This document shows, one piece after another, positions 55,428 to 64,000 of a stretch of DNA of 64,000 bases. The number at the start of each line of letters is the position of its first letter. Position 1 is the stretch's first letter. The notes beneath the pieces are model-generated. The model saw nothing but the letters and a program-made list of their open reading frames with translations, did no database searches and had not been told where the DNA came from. Both the position numbers and the translations under genes were made by a program. Source of the DNA: an uncultured Clostridia bacterium (lineage in GTDB: Bacteria; Bacillota; Clostridia; Oscillospirales; Ruminococcaceae); contig CAOKWH010000006.1 of the NCBI GenBank assembly GCA_948473085.1, positions 6,034 through 70,033 of the forward strand, written 5' to 3'.

Positions 55428-55838
55428 CTACAGTTCTTCAATGTGCTTAACAATACGCAGGGTGGCTTCCCCCGGTGCAGATAATGCGTAGCAGGAGGCC
55501 GAGGAAAAATACTTTCCCTTCCAGCGCTTGGAGAGGCCCTTCTGCTTGGTAATCCGGTAGCCGAACGGCTCCAGTATGGCCTTTATCATGCGGCCCACTA
55601 CAGTGCGTTCAAAGTCGTTTTTGATGTCAAAGCTGGGTTCAGTCAAGGATTCGATATAGGCCTCAATTTGCAGGGCGCAGGGGCTCAGGGCGGGTTTATC
55701 CTGGTCGGCCTCCCTTTTCATTGCTTCAATGGCCTCCTCCTGGGAGAGCAGCTCAAAGATGGCCTGGGCAGTGGGGTCCTCTGCATACTTGGAGCAATTG
55801 GGGTTCTCCCAGATAAAATCCTGATAGGTTGTGTTCAT
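55428..55838 (-). CDS. Hypothetical 136-aa protein
   Basis: ORF with GGAGGTAAGGA upstream of the ATG and a terminator downstream. No family recognised. Confidence 0.5.
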   Translation of the reverse strand: MNTTYQDFIWENPNCSKYAEDPTAQAIFELLSQEEAIEAMKREADQDKPALSPCALQIEAYIESLTEPSFDIKNDFERTVVGRMIKAILEPFGYRITKQKGLSKRWKGKYFSSASCYALSAPGEATLRIVKHIEEL

Positions 55839-56030
55839 TCCTTACCTCCATATATTTTTACATGCGTGTTTTCACACTTGTGTTATTTCTTGGGCACTGT
55901 AATATGAGAAACATTCGGCTCTGTCAACCGGTTTTCGGTGCTTTGGCAAATTTGTTTTACAGTTTTTCTCCTGCAAGGGGCGTAAAATTGTAAAAACAGA
56001 CTAAATTAGTATTTTTATAGGGCGATACCA

Positions 56031-56059
56031 TTGACACCAGTAACCATATTTAATATAAT
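56031..56059 (+). promoter_or_regulatory. Consensus sigma-A promoter upstream of the arsR-like gene
   Basis: TTGACA-17 nt-TATAAT. Confidence 0.6.
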
Positions 56060-56094
56060 CTATATAGAATAAAATCAATATTTAGGGGTGCAGG

Positions 56095-56388
56095 ATGAAG
56101 TTTACCTATTCCGACTATGTTTCGGTCTTTAAGGCACTGGCGGATGAAACACGAATCCGCATTGTGCGGCGCCTCTGCCGGGAGGAGATGTGCGCAGGCA
56201 GCCTGCTGAAGTATTTTGACATTACGCAGCCCACACTGTCCTATCACATCAAAATTTTAACCGACTGTGGTTTGGTAACGGCCCGGAGGGAAGGAACCTG
56301 GATGTTTTACAGTATCAACCCGGAGCGGGGGGCAATGGTCAAGTGCTTTTTGGAGGATGCCGCCGCCGCTGAATGGGAAGAGGATTGA
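56095..56388 (+). CDS. ArsR/SmtB-family transcriptional regulator
   Basis: ALADETRIRIVRRL ... QPTLSYHIKIL winged-HTH signature, with Cys residues in the alpha-3 region (CREEMC). Confidence 0.8.
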   Translation: MKFTYSDYVSVFKALADETRIRIVRRLCREEMCAGSLLKYFDITQPTLSYHIKILTDCGLVTARREGTWMFYSINPERGAMVKCFLEDAAAAEWEED

Positions 56389-56433
56389 CGGCAGGTTTTT
56401 AAAACAACATCGACGGCGCAGGAGGCCGAACCT

Positions 56434-57516
56434 ATGGCAGAAACAATATTAAAACTGGAAAATATTATCAAACATTTTGGTGAAAATACAGCACTGAAAA
56501 GCATTAGCTTGGAGGTGGCCAGAGGGGAGTTTCTCACGCTGCTGGGGCCCAGCGGCTGCGGCAAAACCACCACTTTGCGCATTATTGCCGGGTTAGAAAG
56601 CCCGGATGGCGGCCGGGTGCTGCTGGAAGGGCAGGATGTTACCAACTTGGAGCCCAACCGGCGCAGTGTAAACACCGTATTCCAAAGCTATGCCCTGTTC
56701 CCGCACATGAATGTGGAGCAGAACATCGGCTATGGCCTGCGGCTGAAAAAGCTGCCCAAGCAGGAGATTGCACAGCGGGTGCAGGAGATGCTGGAGCTGG
56801 TACAGCTCCAGGGCTTTGAGCGGCGGATGCCGGATCAGCTTTCCGGTGGGCAGCGGCAGCGGGTGGCCATTGCCCGGGCGCTGGTGAACAGCCCCGATGT
56901 GCTGTTGCTGGACGAGCCGCTGGGTGCACTGGATTTGCAGCTGCGCCGGCAGATGCAGCAGGAGCTAAAGGGGATGCAGAAGAAGCTGGGCATCACCTTT
57001 ATTTATATTACCCATGACCAGGAAGAAGCCATGAATATGAGCGACCGTATCGGCATTATGAATGCCGGTGAGATTGTGCAGCTGGGCACCCCGGACAGCA
57101 TTTACGAGCGGCCCAACAGCCGCTTTGCCGCTGGCTTTATTGGCCAGTGCAACATTGCCGATGCCACTGTGCTGGCGGAGGAGAACGGCCTGCTGCGCCT
57201 GCGCCTGGGAGAAGGGGAGGTGCTGGCTTCCGGCAGTGCCCGGCCGGGGAATACCGGTGCCCTGTGTGTGCGTCCTGAGCGGGTGCGCTATAGCCTGAGC
57301 GAAACCGGCGGCTTTGCGCTGGACGGCACCATACGCGAGTACAGCTATACTGGCGGCACCCTGCGCACCACCATAGTAGCGGACGGCGGTGTGCAGTTTT
57401 TGGTAACCGACCTGGGCGAGGACGACGAGCGCCTGGCAGTGGGCACCCGGGTGCATATCTACTGGGACCCCAAAAAGGCCGTGCTGGTGGAAAGCGGGGC
57501 GAATGCCGATGAATAG
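56434..57516 (+). CDS. potA: Spermidine/putrescine ABC transporter ATP-binding protein PotA
   Basis: GPSGCGKTT Walker A, LSGGQRQR signature and a C-terminal TOBE-like domain. Confidence 0.9.
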   Translation: MAETILKLENIIKHFGENTALKSISLEVARGEFLTLLGPSGCGKTTTLRIIAGLESPDGGRVLLEGQDVTNLEPNRRSVNTVFQSYALFPHMNVEQNIGYGLRLKKLPKQEIAQRVQEMLELVQLQGFERRMPDQLSGGQRQRVAIARALVNSPDVLLLDEPLGALDLQLRRQMQQELKGMQKKLGITFIYITHDQEEAMNMSDRIGIMNAGEIVQLGTPDSIYERPNSRFAAGFIGQCNIADATVLAEENGLLRLRLGEGEVLASGSARPGNTGALCVRPERVRYSLSETGGFALDGTIREYSYTGGTLRTTIVADGGVQFLVTDLGEDDERLAVGTRVHIYWDPKKAVLVESGANADE

Positions 57517-58366
57517 CCGGAAAAAGGGCGGTGTGCCCTTGGCTGCTGTGCCCATGTATATCTGGACCTTGCTGTTGGTGGCTATCCCGCTGATTTATAT
57601 TGTCGGCCTGAGCTTTTTAACCAAGGCGCAAACCTGGGGGGTGGATCTGAACTTTACATTGGACAGCTATCGCAAGCTGTTCACCCCCAGCTATCTCAAG
57701 GTGTTTGGCCAGAGCCTTTATGTGGCTGTTATCACCACCATTGCCGCGCTGGCAATCGGGTATCCGTTTGCCTATTTCACCTCCAGGCTGCCCAAACGGG
57801 CGCGCAGCCTGGTGCTGATGCTGATTATTGTGCCGTTCTGGACCAATTCGCTGGTGCGTATCTATGGCTGGATGATTCTGCTGCGCAGCCAGGGGGTAAT
57901 TAACGGGCTGCTCATTTCACTGGGTGTAATTGATTCCCCGCTCAAATTGCTCTATAACTTTGGGGCCGTTATGGTGGGCATGGTCTATGCGCTCATTCCG
58001 TTTATGATTCTTTCTATCTACAACTCCTGCGAAAAAATTGATTGGTCGCTGGTGGAGGCTGCCCGGGATCTGGGCGCCACCAGGATGCGGGCCTTTTGGT
58101 CGGTGACAGTGCCCCTTACCATGCCAGGTATTATGGCAGGGTGTGTGCTGGTGTTCATCCCGTCAGTGGGGCTGTTTTTCATCTCCGACCTGCTGGGGGG
58201 CGCCAAGACCATGCTGTTGGGCAACCTGATTAAAAATGAGCTGCTGGTGGCCCGGAACTGGCCGATGGGCGCTGCGCTGAGCGTGGCAATGCTGCTGATG
58301 ACCCTGGGGATTATTACCCTGTATAAGCGGATGGCCGGGGATAAGGAACTGGAGGGGTTGCTGTGA
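57503..58366 (+). CDS. potB: Spermidine/putrescine ABC transporter permease PotB
   Basis: Binding-protein-dependent permease with an EAA loop ([14 protein letters not shown]). Confidence 0.85.
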   Translation: MPMNSRKKGGVPLAAVPMYIWTLLLVAIPLIYIVGLSFLTKAQTWGVDLNFTLDSYRKLFTPSYLKVFGQSLYVAVITTIAALAIGYPFAYFTSRLPKRARSLVLMLIIVPFWTNSLVRIYGWMILLRSQGVINGLLISLGVIDSPLKLLYNFGAVMVGMVYALIPFMILSIYNSCEKIDWSLVEAARDLGATRMRAFWSVTVPLTMPGIMAGCVLVFIPSVGLFFISDLLGGAKTMLLGNLIKNELLVARNWPMGAALSVAMLLMTLGIITLYKRMAGDKELEGLL

Positions 58367-59163
58367 AAAAACGCATTGGAACAAGGAGCAATTCCCCGTT
58401 TGCCGTGCTGTATATTGCTATTATATTGGTGCTGATGTATCTGCCCATTCTGGTGGTTGTGGCCTATTCCTTTAACGATACCAAGCTGTTCCACTGGGCG
58501 GGATTTACTACCGACTGGTATGTTAAGCTGTTCCGCAACCGTACCATTATCGAGGCCTTTTGGAACAGCCTGAAGCTGGCGGTGCTCAGCAGCCTGAGTG
58601 CCTGCGTGCTGGGCACCATGGGGGCCGTGGGGATGAGCAAGCGGCACTTTAAAACCAAGGGGATGCTGGAAAACCTGGCTATCGTACCCATTATGGTGCC
58701 GGAGATTATTCTGGGCATGGCCTACCTGGCCTTTTTCTCCCTGGTTAAACTGCCGTTTGGTATGCTAACGCTGGTTATGGCCCATACTACCTTCTGTGTG
58801 CCCTATATCTACATCAATGTAAAGGCAGCCCTAACCAATATGGACCCTTCCATTGGCGAGGCGGCGCTGGACTTGGGGGCTTCCCCCACCCGGGCATTTT
58901 TTGATATAACGGCGCCCATCATCCTGCCGGCCATCCTGTCCGGCACACTGTTGGCCTTTGCCATGAGCATGGATGATGTGGTTATCAGCTTTTTTGCCAC
59001 CGGGTCGGAAACCAGTACCCTGCCGCTTCAGGTTTATTCCATGCTGAAAATGGGTGTTACACCAGAAATCAACGCCCTGTGCACCGTTATGCTGGGAACT
59101 GTATTTCTGCTGGTGGCCCTCTCCTCTCTGCTGAAGGCGGGCAGGGCGCGGGGCAAACAATAA
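58363..59163 (+). CDS. potC: Spermidine/putrescine ABC transporter permease PotC
   Basis: GTG start overlapping the potB stop. EAA loop (EAALDLGASPTRAF). Confidence 0.85.
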   Translation: MKKRIGTRSNSPFAVLYIAIILVLMYLPILVVVAYSFNDTKLFHWAGFTTDWYVKLFRNRTIIEAFWNSLKLAVLSSLSACVLGTMGAVGMSKRHFKTKGMLENLAIVPIMVPEIILGMAYLAFFSLVKLPFGMLTLVMAHTTFCVPYIYINVKAALTNMDPSIGEAALDLGASPTRAFFDITAPIILPAILSGTLLAFAMSMDDVVISFFATGSETSTLPLQVYSMLKMGVTPEINALCTVMLGTVFLLVALSSLLKAGRARGKQ

Positions 59164-59223
59164 TGTGCAGATGGCGGTGTCTGCCGCCGGAAGATAGAAC
59201 CATGACAACAAAGGAGAATGACA

Positions 59224-60279
59224 ATGAAATGGACTAAAAAACTGCTTGCCCTGCTGTTAACCGGTGCCATGGCGGCCACTGCCTTGACTGGATGCAGCAG
59301 CGATAAGCCCAACGAGAGCCAGGGGACAGAGGAAGTGCTGAACATCTTCACCTGGGCGGACTACTTCCCCCAGGATATCCTGGATGAGTTCACTGCTGAA
59401 ACAGGGATTAAAATTAACTACAACACCTTTGAATCCAACGAAGAGATGTTGATGAAGTTGCAGACTGTACAGGGCGGCGACTACGATATTATCCTGGCCA
59501 GCGATTACATCATTGATATTGCTGTGAAGGAAGGGCTGGTAGCCAAGCTGGACAAGGAGCAGATCCCCAACTTTGGCAACATCAACCCTGAGTTCCAGGG
59601 CAAGTTTTATGATGTCAACAACGAGTACACAGTGCCCTATGCCGCCGGTATTCCCATGATAGTGTACAACCCCACCATGATTGACTTTGAGGTAACCGGT
59701 TACGAGGACCTGTGGCGGGAGGAACTGGCTGATAGTATCGTTGTAATGGACGATGCCCGAAACATCATTGGCATTACACTGAAGACCATGGATAAGAGCT
59801 TTAATGAAACAGATGAGCAGGTGCTCAGCCAGGCCAAGGAAAAGCTGATGGGCCTGAAGAAGAATATCCGCGCCTTTGATTACAGCACCCCCTACAACCT
59901 GATGATCAGCGGCGAAACCTCGGTGGGCTATATGTTCACCTCCCAGGCTGTGCTGGCTACCAACGAAAACCCGGATTTGAAGGTGTGCTTCCCCAAGGAG
60001 GGCATGGGCTTTGGCATTGACTCTGTCTTTGTACCCTCTGCTGCCCCCAATTCCGAGAATGCCCACAAGTTTATCAACTTTATCCTGGATGGCGAGCGTT
60101 CCGCCCATATCTCGGAGCAGACCATGTATATCAACTGCAATTCTGCTGCCACCCCCTATATCCAGGAGGAGGCCCTGATTCTGCCCGAGGGTGCCCTGGA
60201 CAGCGCCGAGTTTATACAGGATGTGGGCGAGGCCACAGCAATTTACAACGATATTTGGACCGAATTTAAGATGTCCTAA
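59224..60279 (+). CDS. potD: Spermidine/putrescine-binding lipoprotein PotD
   Basis: Lipobox LTGC and PotD/PotF-like body. AAAGGAG 8 nt before ATG 59224. Confidence 0.85.
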   Translation: MKWTKKLLALLLTGAMAATALTGCSSDKPNESQGTEEVLNIFTWADYFPQDILDEFTAETGIKINYNTFESNEEMLMKLQTVQGGDYDIILASDYIIDIAVKEGLVAKLDKEQIPNFGNINPEFQGKFYDVNNEYTVPYAAGIPMIVYNPTMIDFEVTGYEDLWREELADSIVVMDDARNIIGITLKTMDKSFNETDEQVLSQAKEKLMGLKKNIRAFDYSTPYNLMISGETSVGYMFTSQAVLATNENPDLKVCFPKEGMGFGIDSVFVPSAAPNSENAHKFINFILDGERSAHISEQTMYINCNSAATPYIQEEALILPEGALDSAEFIQDVGEATAIYNDIWTEFKMS

Positions 60280-60286
60280 GCCTACA

Positions 60287-60321
60287 AAAGAGAGGGTTTG
60301 CTTCTGCAAGCCCTCTTTTTA
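60287..60321 (+). terminator. Intrinsic terminator of the pot operon
   Basis: AGAGGGTTTGC-TTCT-GCAAGCCCTCT followed by TTTTTAT. Confidence 0.75.
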
Positions 60322-60409
60322 TGCCTATCTTTAATACTATTAGTATTATTCTATATAATATTTACTTATATTGGCCTGATTATTGGAGCCTATGCAACAG
60401 GTATCGGGC

Positions 60410-60437
60410 TTGACAGGCGCCGAAAGTGTGCTATACT
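60410..60437 (+). promoter_or_regulatory. Candidate sigma-A promoter of the marR-tauE operon
   Basis: TTGACA-16 nt-TATACT. Confidence 0.55.
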
Positions 60438-60463
60438 AATATAGTTCTATTTAGAACTATATT
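60438..60463. promoter_or_regulatory. Perfect 12-2-12 palindrome, a putative MarR operator
   Basis: AATATAGTTCTA-TT-TAGAACTATATT lies between the -10 hexamer and the RBS of the MarR gene. Confidence 0.6.
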
Positions 60464-60482
60464 AGCGGGAGGCAGTGGAAAG

Positions 60483-60917
60483 ATGATGAGTGATTTTTGG
60501 GATACGCTGATTCAAAGCCGGCGGCTGTATGACCGTATGCTTATGCCACTGTGCGAGGCCCATAACATCAACCGGATGGAGCTGGATATCCTGCTTTTTC
60601 TGGCAAATAATCCAAAGATGGATACAGCCAGCGATATTATCCGCTGCCGGAACTTTACCAAGTCGCATGTGTCGGCATCGGTGAAGCATCTGGTGGAGCT
60701 GGGGCTTTTGGAGCAGTCCTACCAGGCTGGGAACCGGAAAAACATCCACCTTGCGTTATGCCAGGCGGCAGGCCCTGTTGTAAGCAAGGGGCAGGAATTC
60801 CAGCGCCAGTTTTTGAAGCTGGCATTCCAGGGCTTTACGGCGCAGGAGCTTGCTGAGATGGGCAGCCGGATGGAGCGTATCAAGCAGAATATTGCAGCAC
60901 AAGAGGGAGCGGAGTAG
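60483..60917 (+). CDS. MarR-family transcriptional regulator
   Basis: Winged-HTH pattern (ASDIIRCRNFTKSHVSASVKHLVELGLL). GGGAGG 10 nt before ATG 60483. Confidence 0.8.
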   Translation: MMSDFWDTLIQSRRLYDRMLMPLCEAHNINRMELDILLFLANNPKMDTASDIIRCRNFTKSHVSASVKHLVELGLLEQSYQAGNRKNIHLALCQAAGPVVSKGQEFQRQFLKLAFQGFTAQELAEMGSRMERIKQNIAAQEGAE

Positions 60918-60920
60918 CCA

Positions 60921-61685
60921 ATGTACACCTTTTTTATCTGTTTTGTTGCAGGTCTGGGCGCCGGTCTGGGCACCGGTTTTGCCGGGATGAGCGCCGCCGC
61001 TGTTATCAGCCCGATGCTCATCACCTTTTTGCAGGTGCCCGCCTATGAGGCGGTGGGCATTGCACTGGCCAGCGATGTTTTGGCCAGTGCCGCCAGCGCC
61101 TACACCTATGGGAAGAATAAAAACCTGGATATTCGCAATGGGCTGATTATGATGGCCTCGGTGCTCGCCTTTACCCTGGTGGGCAGCTGGCTTGCCAGCC
61201 TGATTTCCGGCACTGTGATGGGGGGCTTTTCCACCTCCATGACCCTGTTGCTAGGCATTAAGTTTATTGTGCGGCCGGTGATGACAACCAGGGAGGCCAT
61301 GGGGGAGGTAAGCCCCGGCCGCCGGGCGGTGCACGCGGTGCTGTGCGGCATTTGCATTGGCCTGATTTGCGGCTTTGTTGGGGCTGGCGGCGGCATGATG
61401 ATGCTGCTGATTCTCACCAGTGTGCTGGGCTATGAGCTGAAAACTGCCGTGGGCACCAGCGTGTTTATTATGTCCTTTACCGCGCTGACCGGGGCGGTCA
61501 GCCACTTTGCCATTGGCGGTGTGCCGGACTGGACTATTTTGGCGCTTTGTGTGCTGTCCACGCTGCTTTGGGCGCAGGTGGCCGCTCGGCTGGCCAACCG
61601 GGCCAGCCCCATCTTCCTAAACCGGGCTACGGGCGCGGTGCTCTGCGTGCTGGGTGTGGGTATTTTAGCTGTCAATTATCTATAA
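60921..61685 (+). CDS. TauE/SafE-family anion (sulfite-type) exporter
   Basis: 254-aa polytopic protein with two Gly-rich half-repeats (GLGTGFAGMSAA; GFVGAGGGMMM). Confidence 0.8.
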   Translation: MYTFFICFVAGLGAGLGTGFAGMSAAAVISPMLITFLQVPAYEAVGIALASDVLASAASAYTYGKNKNLDIRNGLIMMASVLAFTLVGSWLASLISGTVMGGFSTSMTLLLGIKFIVRPVMTTREAMGEVSPGRRAVHAVLCGICIGLICGFVGAGGGMMMLLILTSVLGYELKTAVGTSVFIMSFTALTGAVSHFAIGGVPDWTILALCVLSTLLWAQVAARLANRASPIFLNRATGAVLCVLGVGILAVNYL

Positions 61686-61720
61686 AAAAATCCCCCTGCC
61701 TCAGACAGGGGGATTTTTAT
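61684..61720. terminator. Bidirectional intrinsic terminator
   Basis: AAAAAATCCCCCTG-CCTCAGA-CAGGGGGATTTTT between convergent genes. Confidence 0.8.
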
Positions 61721-63598
61721 TTAGCGGATAATATCGCTTTGGGGAACATTCAGCGCACGGATGGCGTTGAGAATAGCAATAACCGATACGCCTACATCGG
61801 CAAATACAGCGGCCCACATATTGGCCATACCAATGGCCCCCAGGAACAGCACCAGGAACTTAACCCCCAGGGCAAAGACGATGTTCTGCTTTACAATGCC
61901 CAAGGTCTTGCGGGAGATGCGCATGGCAACGGCAATTTTGGACGGCTCATCGGTCATAATAACAATATCGGCGGCTTCGATGGCGGCGTCGGAACCCAGG
62001 CCGCCCATAGCAATGCCAATATCGGCCCGGGCAAGCACCGGTGCATCGTTAATGCCATCCCCCACAAAGGCCAGCTTGCCTGTCTCGCTGGTTTCGGCCA
62101 GCAGGCGCTCCATGTGTTCCACCTTGTCGCCGGGCAGCAGCTCGGTATAGGCGGCATCCAGCCCCAGCTGTCCGGCCACCTTTTGGCCCACAGCGTTGGC
62201 GTCGCCTGTGAGCATCACTGTCTTTTTCACGCCGGAGGCCTTCAGGTCCCGGATGGCGGCGGCAGCGTCGGGCTTTACCTCATCCTCAATCAGCAGGGCG
62301 CCCAAAAAGCGGCCGTCCTCTGCGATGTAAATAACAGTGCCGGGTTCGTCCACTGGCTGGAAAGGGATGTTCTCCCGGGCCATCAGCTTGGCGTTGCCGG
62401 CCAGCACCTCTTTGCCGTTCAGCGTTACCTGCACGCCGTGGCCGGCAATTTCCTGCACATTTTGCAGGCGGCTGCCATCAATTTCGCCCGGATAGGCTGC
62501 CCGGATGGAACGGGAGATGGGGTGGTTGGATTCGTTTTCGGCATAGGCGGCAATTTCCAGCAGGGCCTCGGCAGAAATGCCCTCGGCAGGGTAGAGCTGG
62601 CTGACAATAAAGGAGCCCTTGGTGAGGGTGCCGGTCTTGTCAAATACTACGGTTTCGGTGTTGGCCAGGGCTTCCAGATAGTTGCTGCCCTTAATGAGCA
62701 CACCGCACTTGGAAGCGCCGCCAATGCCGCCAAAGAAGCTCAGGGGCACCGAGATAACCAGGGCGCAGGGGCAGGAGATAACCAGGAAGGTGAGCGCCCG
62801 GAACACCCAGATGGAAAAGGGCTGCTGCAACAGGATGGGGGGCAGAACAGCCAGTGCAATGGCGGCATAGACAACGCCGGGGGTGTAGTAGCGGGCAAAC
62901 CGGGTGATAAAGGCCTCGGAGCGGGACTTTTTGTTGCTGGCGTTTTCCACCAGGTCCAGGATTTTGGAAACGGTGGATTCGGCATACTGCTTGGTAACCT
63001 CCACGCGCAGGGTGCCGGTTTGGTTGATGCAGCCGCTGATTACACTATCGCCAACAGCAACCTCCCGGGGCAGCGATTCCCCGGTCAGGGCGGAGGTATC
63101 CAGGGCGGAGCTGCCCTCGGTAACCACGCCGTCCAGCGGCACCCGCTCGCCGGCCTTGACAACAATAATTTCGCCAATGGCAACCTCGTCCGGGTCCACC
63201 TCCTGCACCTCGCCCTCCCGGAGCACATTGGCATAGTCGGGGCGGATATCCATCAGGCTGCTGATGGACCGGCGGGACTTGCTCACGGCATAGCTCTGGA
63301 ACAGCTCGCCCACCTGGTAGAACAGCATAACGGCGACGCCCTCGGCATATTCGCCCAGGAACAGGGCGCCGATGGTGGCCACAGTCATCAAAAAGTTCTC
63401 ATCAAACACCTGGCCGTTCATGATATTGCTGATGGCCTTCCAGATAATATCCCAGCCAATAACGGCGTAACACAGCAGGTAAACTGCCAGGATGGCCAGG
63501 GCGGGCAGCGCCGTAAAGCGGCCCAGCAGGCTGGCCAGGATATAAAGGGCAGCCGCCGCCAGAATGCGGTTGAGCTGCTTTTTTTGCTTTTTTGTCAT
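61721..63598 (-). CDS. Heavy-metal-translocating P1B-type ATPase (Cd/Zn/Co-type) without a fused N-terminal metal-binding domain
   Basis: CPC in the TM helix (VISCPCALVISVP), DKTGTLT, GDGINDAP and TGES motifs. Confidence 0.9.
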   Translation of the reverse strand: MTKKQKKQLNRILAAAALYILASLLGRFTALPALAILAVYLLCYAVIGWDIIWKAISNIMNGQVFDENFLMTVATIGALFLGEYAEGVAVMLFYQVGELFQSYAVSKSRRSISSLMDIRPDYANVLREGEVQEVDPDEVAIGEIIVVKAGERVPLDGVVTEGSSALDTSALTGESLPREVAVGDSVISGCINQTGTLRVEVTKQYAESTVSKILDLVENASNKKSRSEAFITRFARYYTPGVVYAAIALAVLPPILLQQPFSIWVFRALTFLVISCPCALVISVPLSFFGGIGGASKCGVLIKGSNYLEALANTETVVFDKTGTLTKGSFIVSQLYPAEGISAEALLEIAAYAENESNHPISRSIRAAYPGEIDGSRLQNVQEIAGHGVQVTLNGKEVLAGNAKLMARENIPFQPVDEPGTVIYIAEDGRFLGALLIEDEVKPDAAAAIRDLKASGVKKTVMLTGDANAVGQKVAGQLGLDAAYTELLPGDKVEHMERLLAETSETGKLAFVGDGINDAPVLARADIGIAMGGLGSDAAIEAADIVIMTDEPSKIAVAMRISRKTLGIVKQNIVFALGVKFLVLFLGAIGMANMWAAVFADVGVSVIAILNAIRALNVPQSDIIR

Positions 63599-63620
63599 GG
63601 TATTTCCTCCTTTGGGGTAA

Positions 63621-63649
63621 AGAAAAGGGCGGCAGCCGTAGCCGCCGCC
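63621..63649 (-). other. Intercistronic GC-rich hairpin with a U-rich tail between the HMA gene and the ATPase gene
   Basis: On the minus strand, GGCGGCGGC-TAC-GGCTGCCGCC followed by CTTTTCTTT. The ATPase RBS is just downstream. Confidence 0.35.
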
Positions 63650-63659
63650 AGCAGTTTTG

Positions 63660-63878
63660 TTACATCTTTACGGTAACATCCGGCTCAATCTTCTTAACCA
63701 GCTTTACAACCTCTTCCACAACGGCGTCAATGCGGCTGTCGTCGGCTTCCAGCACCATCTTCTGGGCCAAAAAGTTTACCGAAGCGTCGGTAACGCCATC
63801 AATCTTCTTAGCGGCATCCTCAATTTTAGCAGCGCAGTGTGCGCAGTCCAGGTCCAGCAGCTTAATAGTCTTTTTCAT
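63660..63878 (-). CDS. Stand-alone heavy-metal-associated (HMA) domain protein
   Basis: 72 aa, beginning MKKTIKLLDLDCAHCAAKIE (metal-binding CxxC in a ferredoxin-like fold). GGAGAT RBS. The longer track ORF start has no RBS. Confidence 0.8.
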   Translation of the reverse strand: MKKTIKLLDLDCAHCAAKIEDAAKKIDGVTDASVNFLAQKMVLEADDSRIDAVVEEVVKLVKKIEPDVTVKM

Positions 63879-63913
63879 AGCGCAATCTCCTTTTTCTATA
63901 AATGGTTGATTAT

Positions 63914-63929
63914 ATGAACAACTGTTCAT
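63914..63929. promoter_or_regulatory. ArsR/SmtB-type operator-like palindrome upstream of the HMA-ATPase operon
   Basis: ATGAACA-AC-TGTTCAT overlaps a minus-strand TATAAT. It resembles the TGAACA...TGTTCA half-sites of CzrA/SmtB-type operators. Confidence 0.5.
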
Positions 63930-64000
63930 GTGTTTCTGTACCCTAACTATACTAAAGTTTTTTGCGAAAATCAAGGGGGTTGGCGCAATTTTGTCCGGCA

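Noticed and set aside
61547-63676. 709-aa plus-strand ORF, the longest ORF in this region
   Set aside because: It lies entirely antisense to the P1B-ATPase gene, which carries unmistakable CPC, DKTGT and GDGINDAP motifs. Its product is Gly/Ala/Gln-rich low-complexity sequence with no RBS, a GC-rich shadow ORF.
1-64000. Search for tRNA, rRNA, tmRNA or RNase P-like genes, CRISPR arrays, prophage or integrase genes, and known defence-system domains
   Set aside because: I saw none by eye on either strand. All long intergenic regions were read directly, but a covariance-model scan would be needed to exclude small RNAs.

Overview
This is a GC-rich Firmicutes/Clostridia-type chromosomal segment (taxon is inference from gene content and order) with AT-rich intergenic spacers. 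I saw no rRNA, tRNA, CRISPR array, transposase or integrase. Content in order:
- A 5'-truncated M20 amidohydrolase and a glutamate-synthase-family flavoprotein.
- An ApbE flavin transferase, a Gx transporter and a complete rnfCDGEAB operon.
- A YheO-type regulator with two membrane proteins and a small hydrolase-like protein.
- A minus-strand run: murT, a gatD-like gene, a DUF45 metallohydrolase, a polytopic membrane protein and a small protein.
- A TetR / MMPL transporter / large secreted helical protein module, then nfnAB-like genes.
- A 5.2-kb segment holding a Cys/Asn-rich protein, pcrA and an MscS channel, bracketed by 366-bp near-identical inverted repeats that each carry an XRE regulator gene.
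- thyX-tmk and a 5-formyl-THF cyclo-ligase, then mltG and a U32 peptidase.
- A dcw cluster: mraZ-rsmH-ftsL-PBP-murE-murF-mraY-ftsW-murG-murA-ftsQ-ftsZ.
- A PfkB kinase and two orphan genes.
- ArsR with potABCD, MarR with TauE, and a split HMA chaperone plus P1B-type ATPase.

The most unusual observations:
1. The inverted XRE-bearing repeats around pcrA.
2. A protein with a (Cys-Asn)n metallothionein-like core.
3. A GatD homolog lacking the glutaminase Cys and His, next to an intact MurT.
4. An RnfG with three tandem FMN-binding modules.
5. A palindrome-rich spacer packed with consensus -10 hexamers.

Many long ORFs in the six-frame track are antisense shadows of real genes and were rejected.
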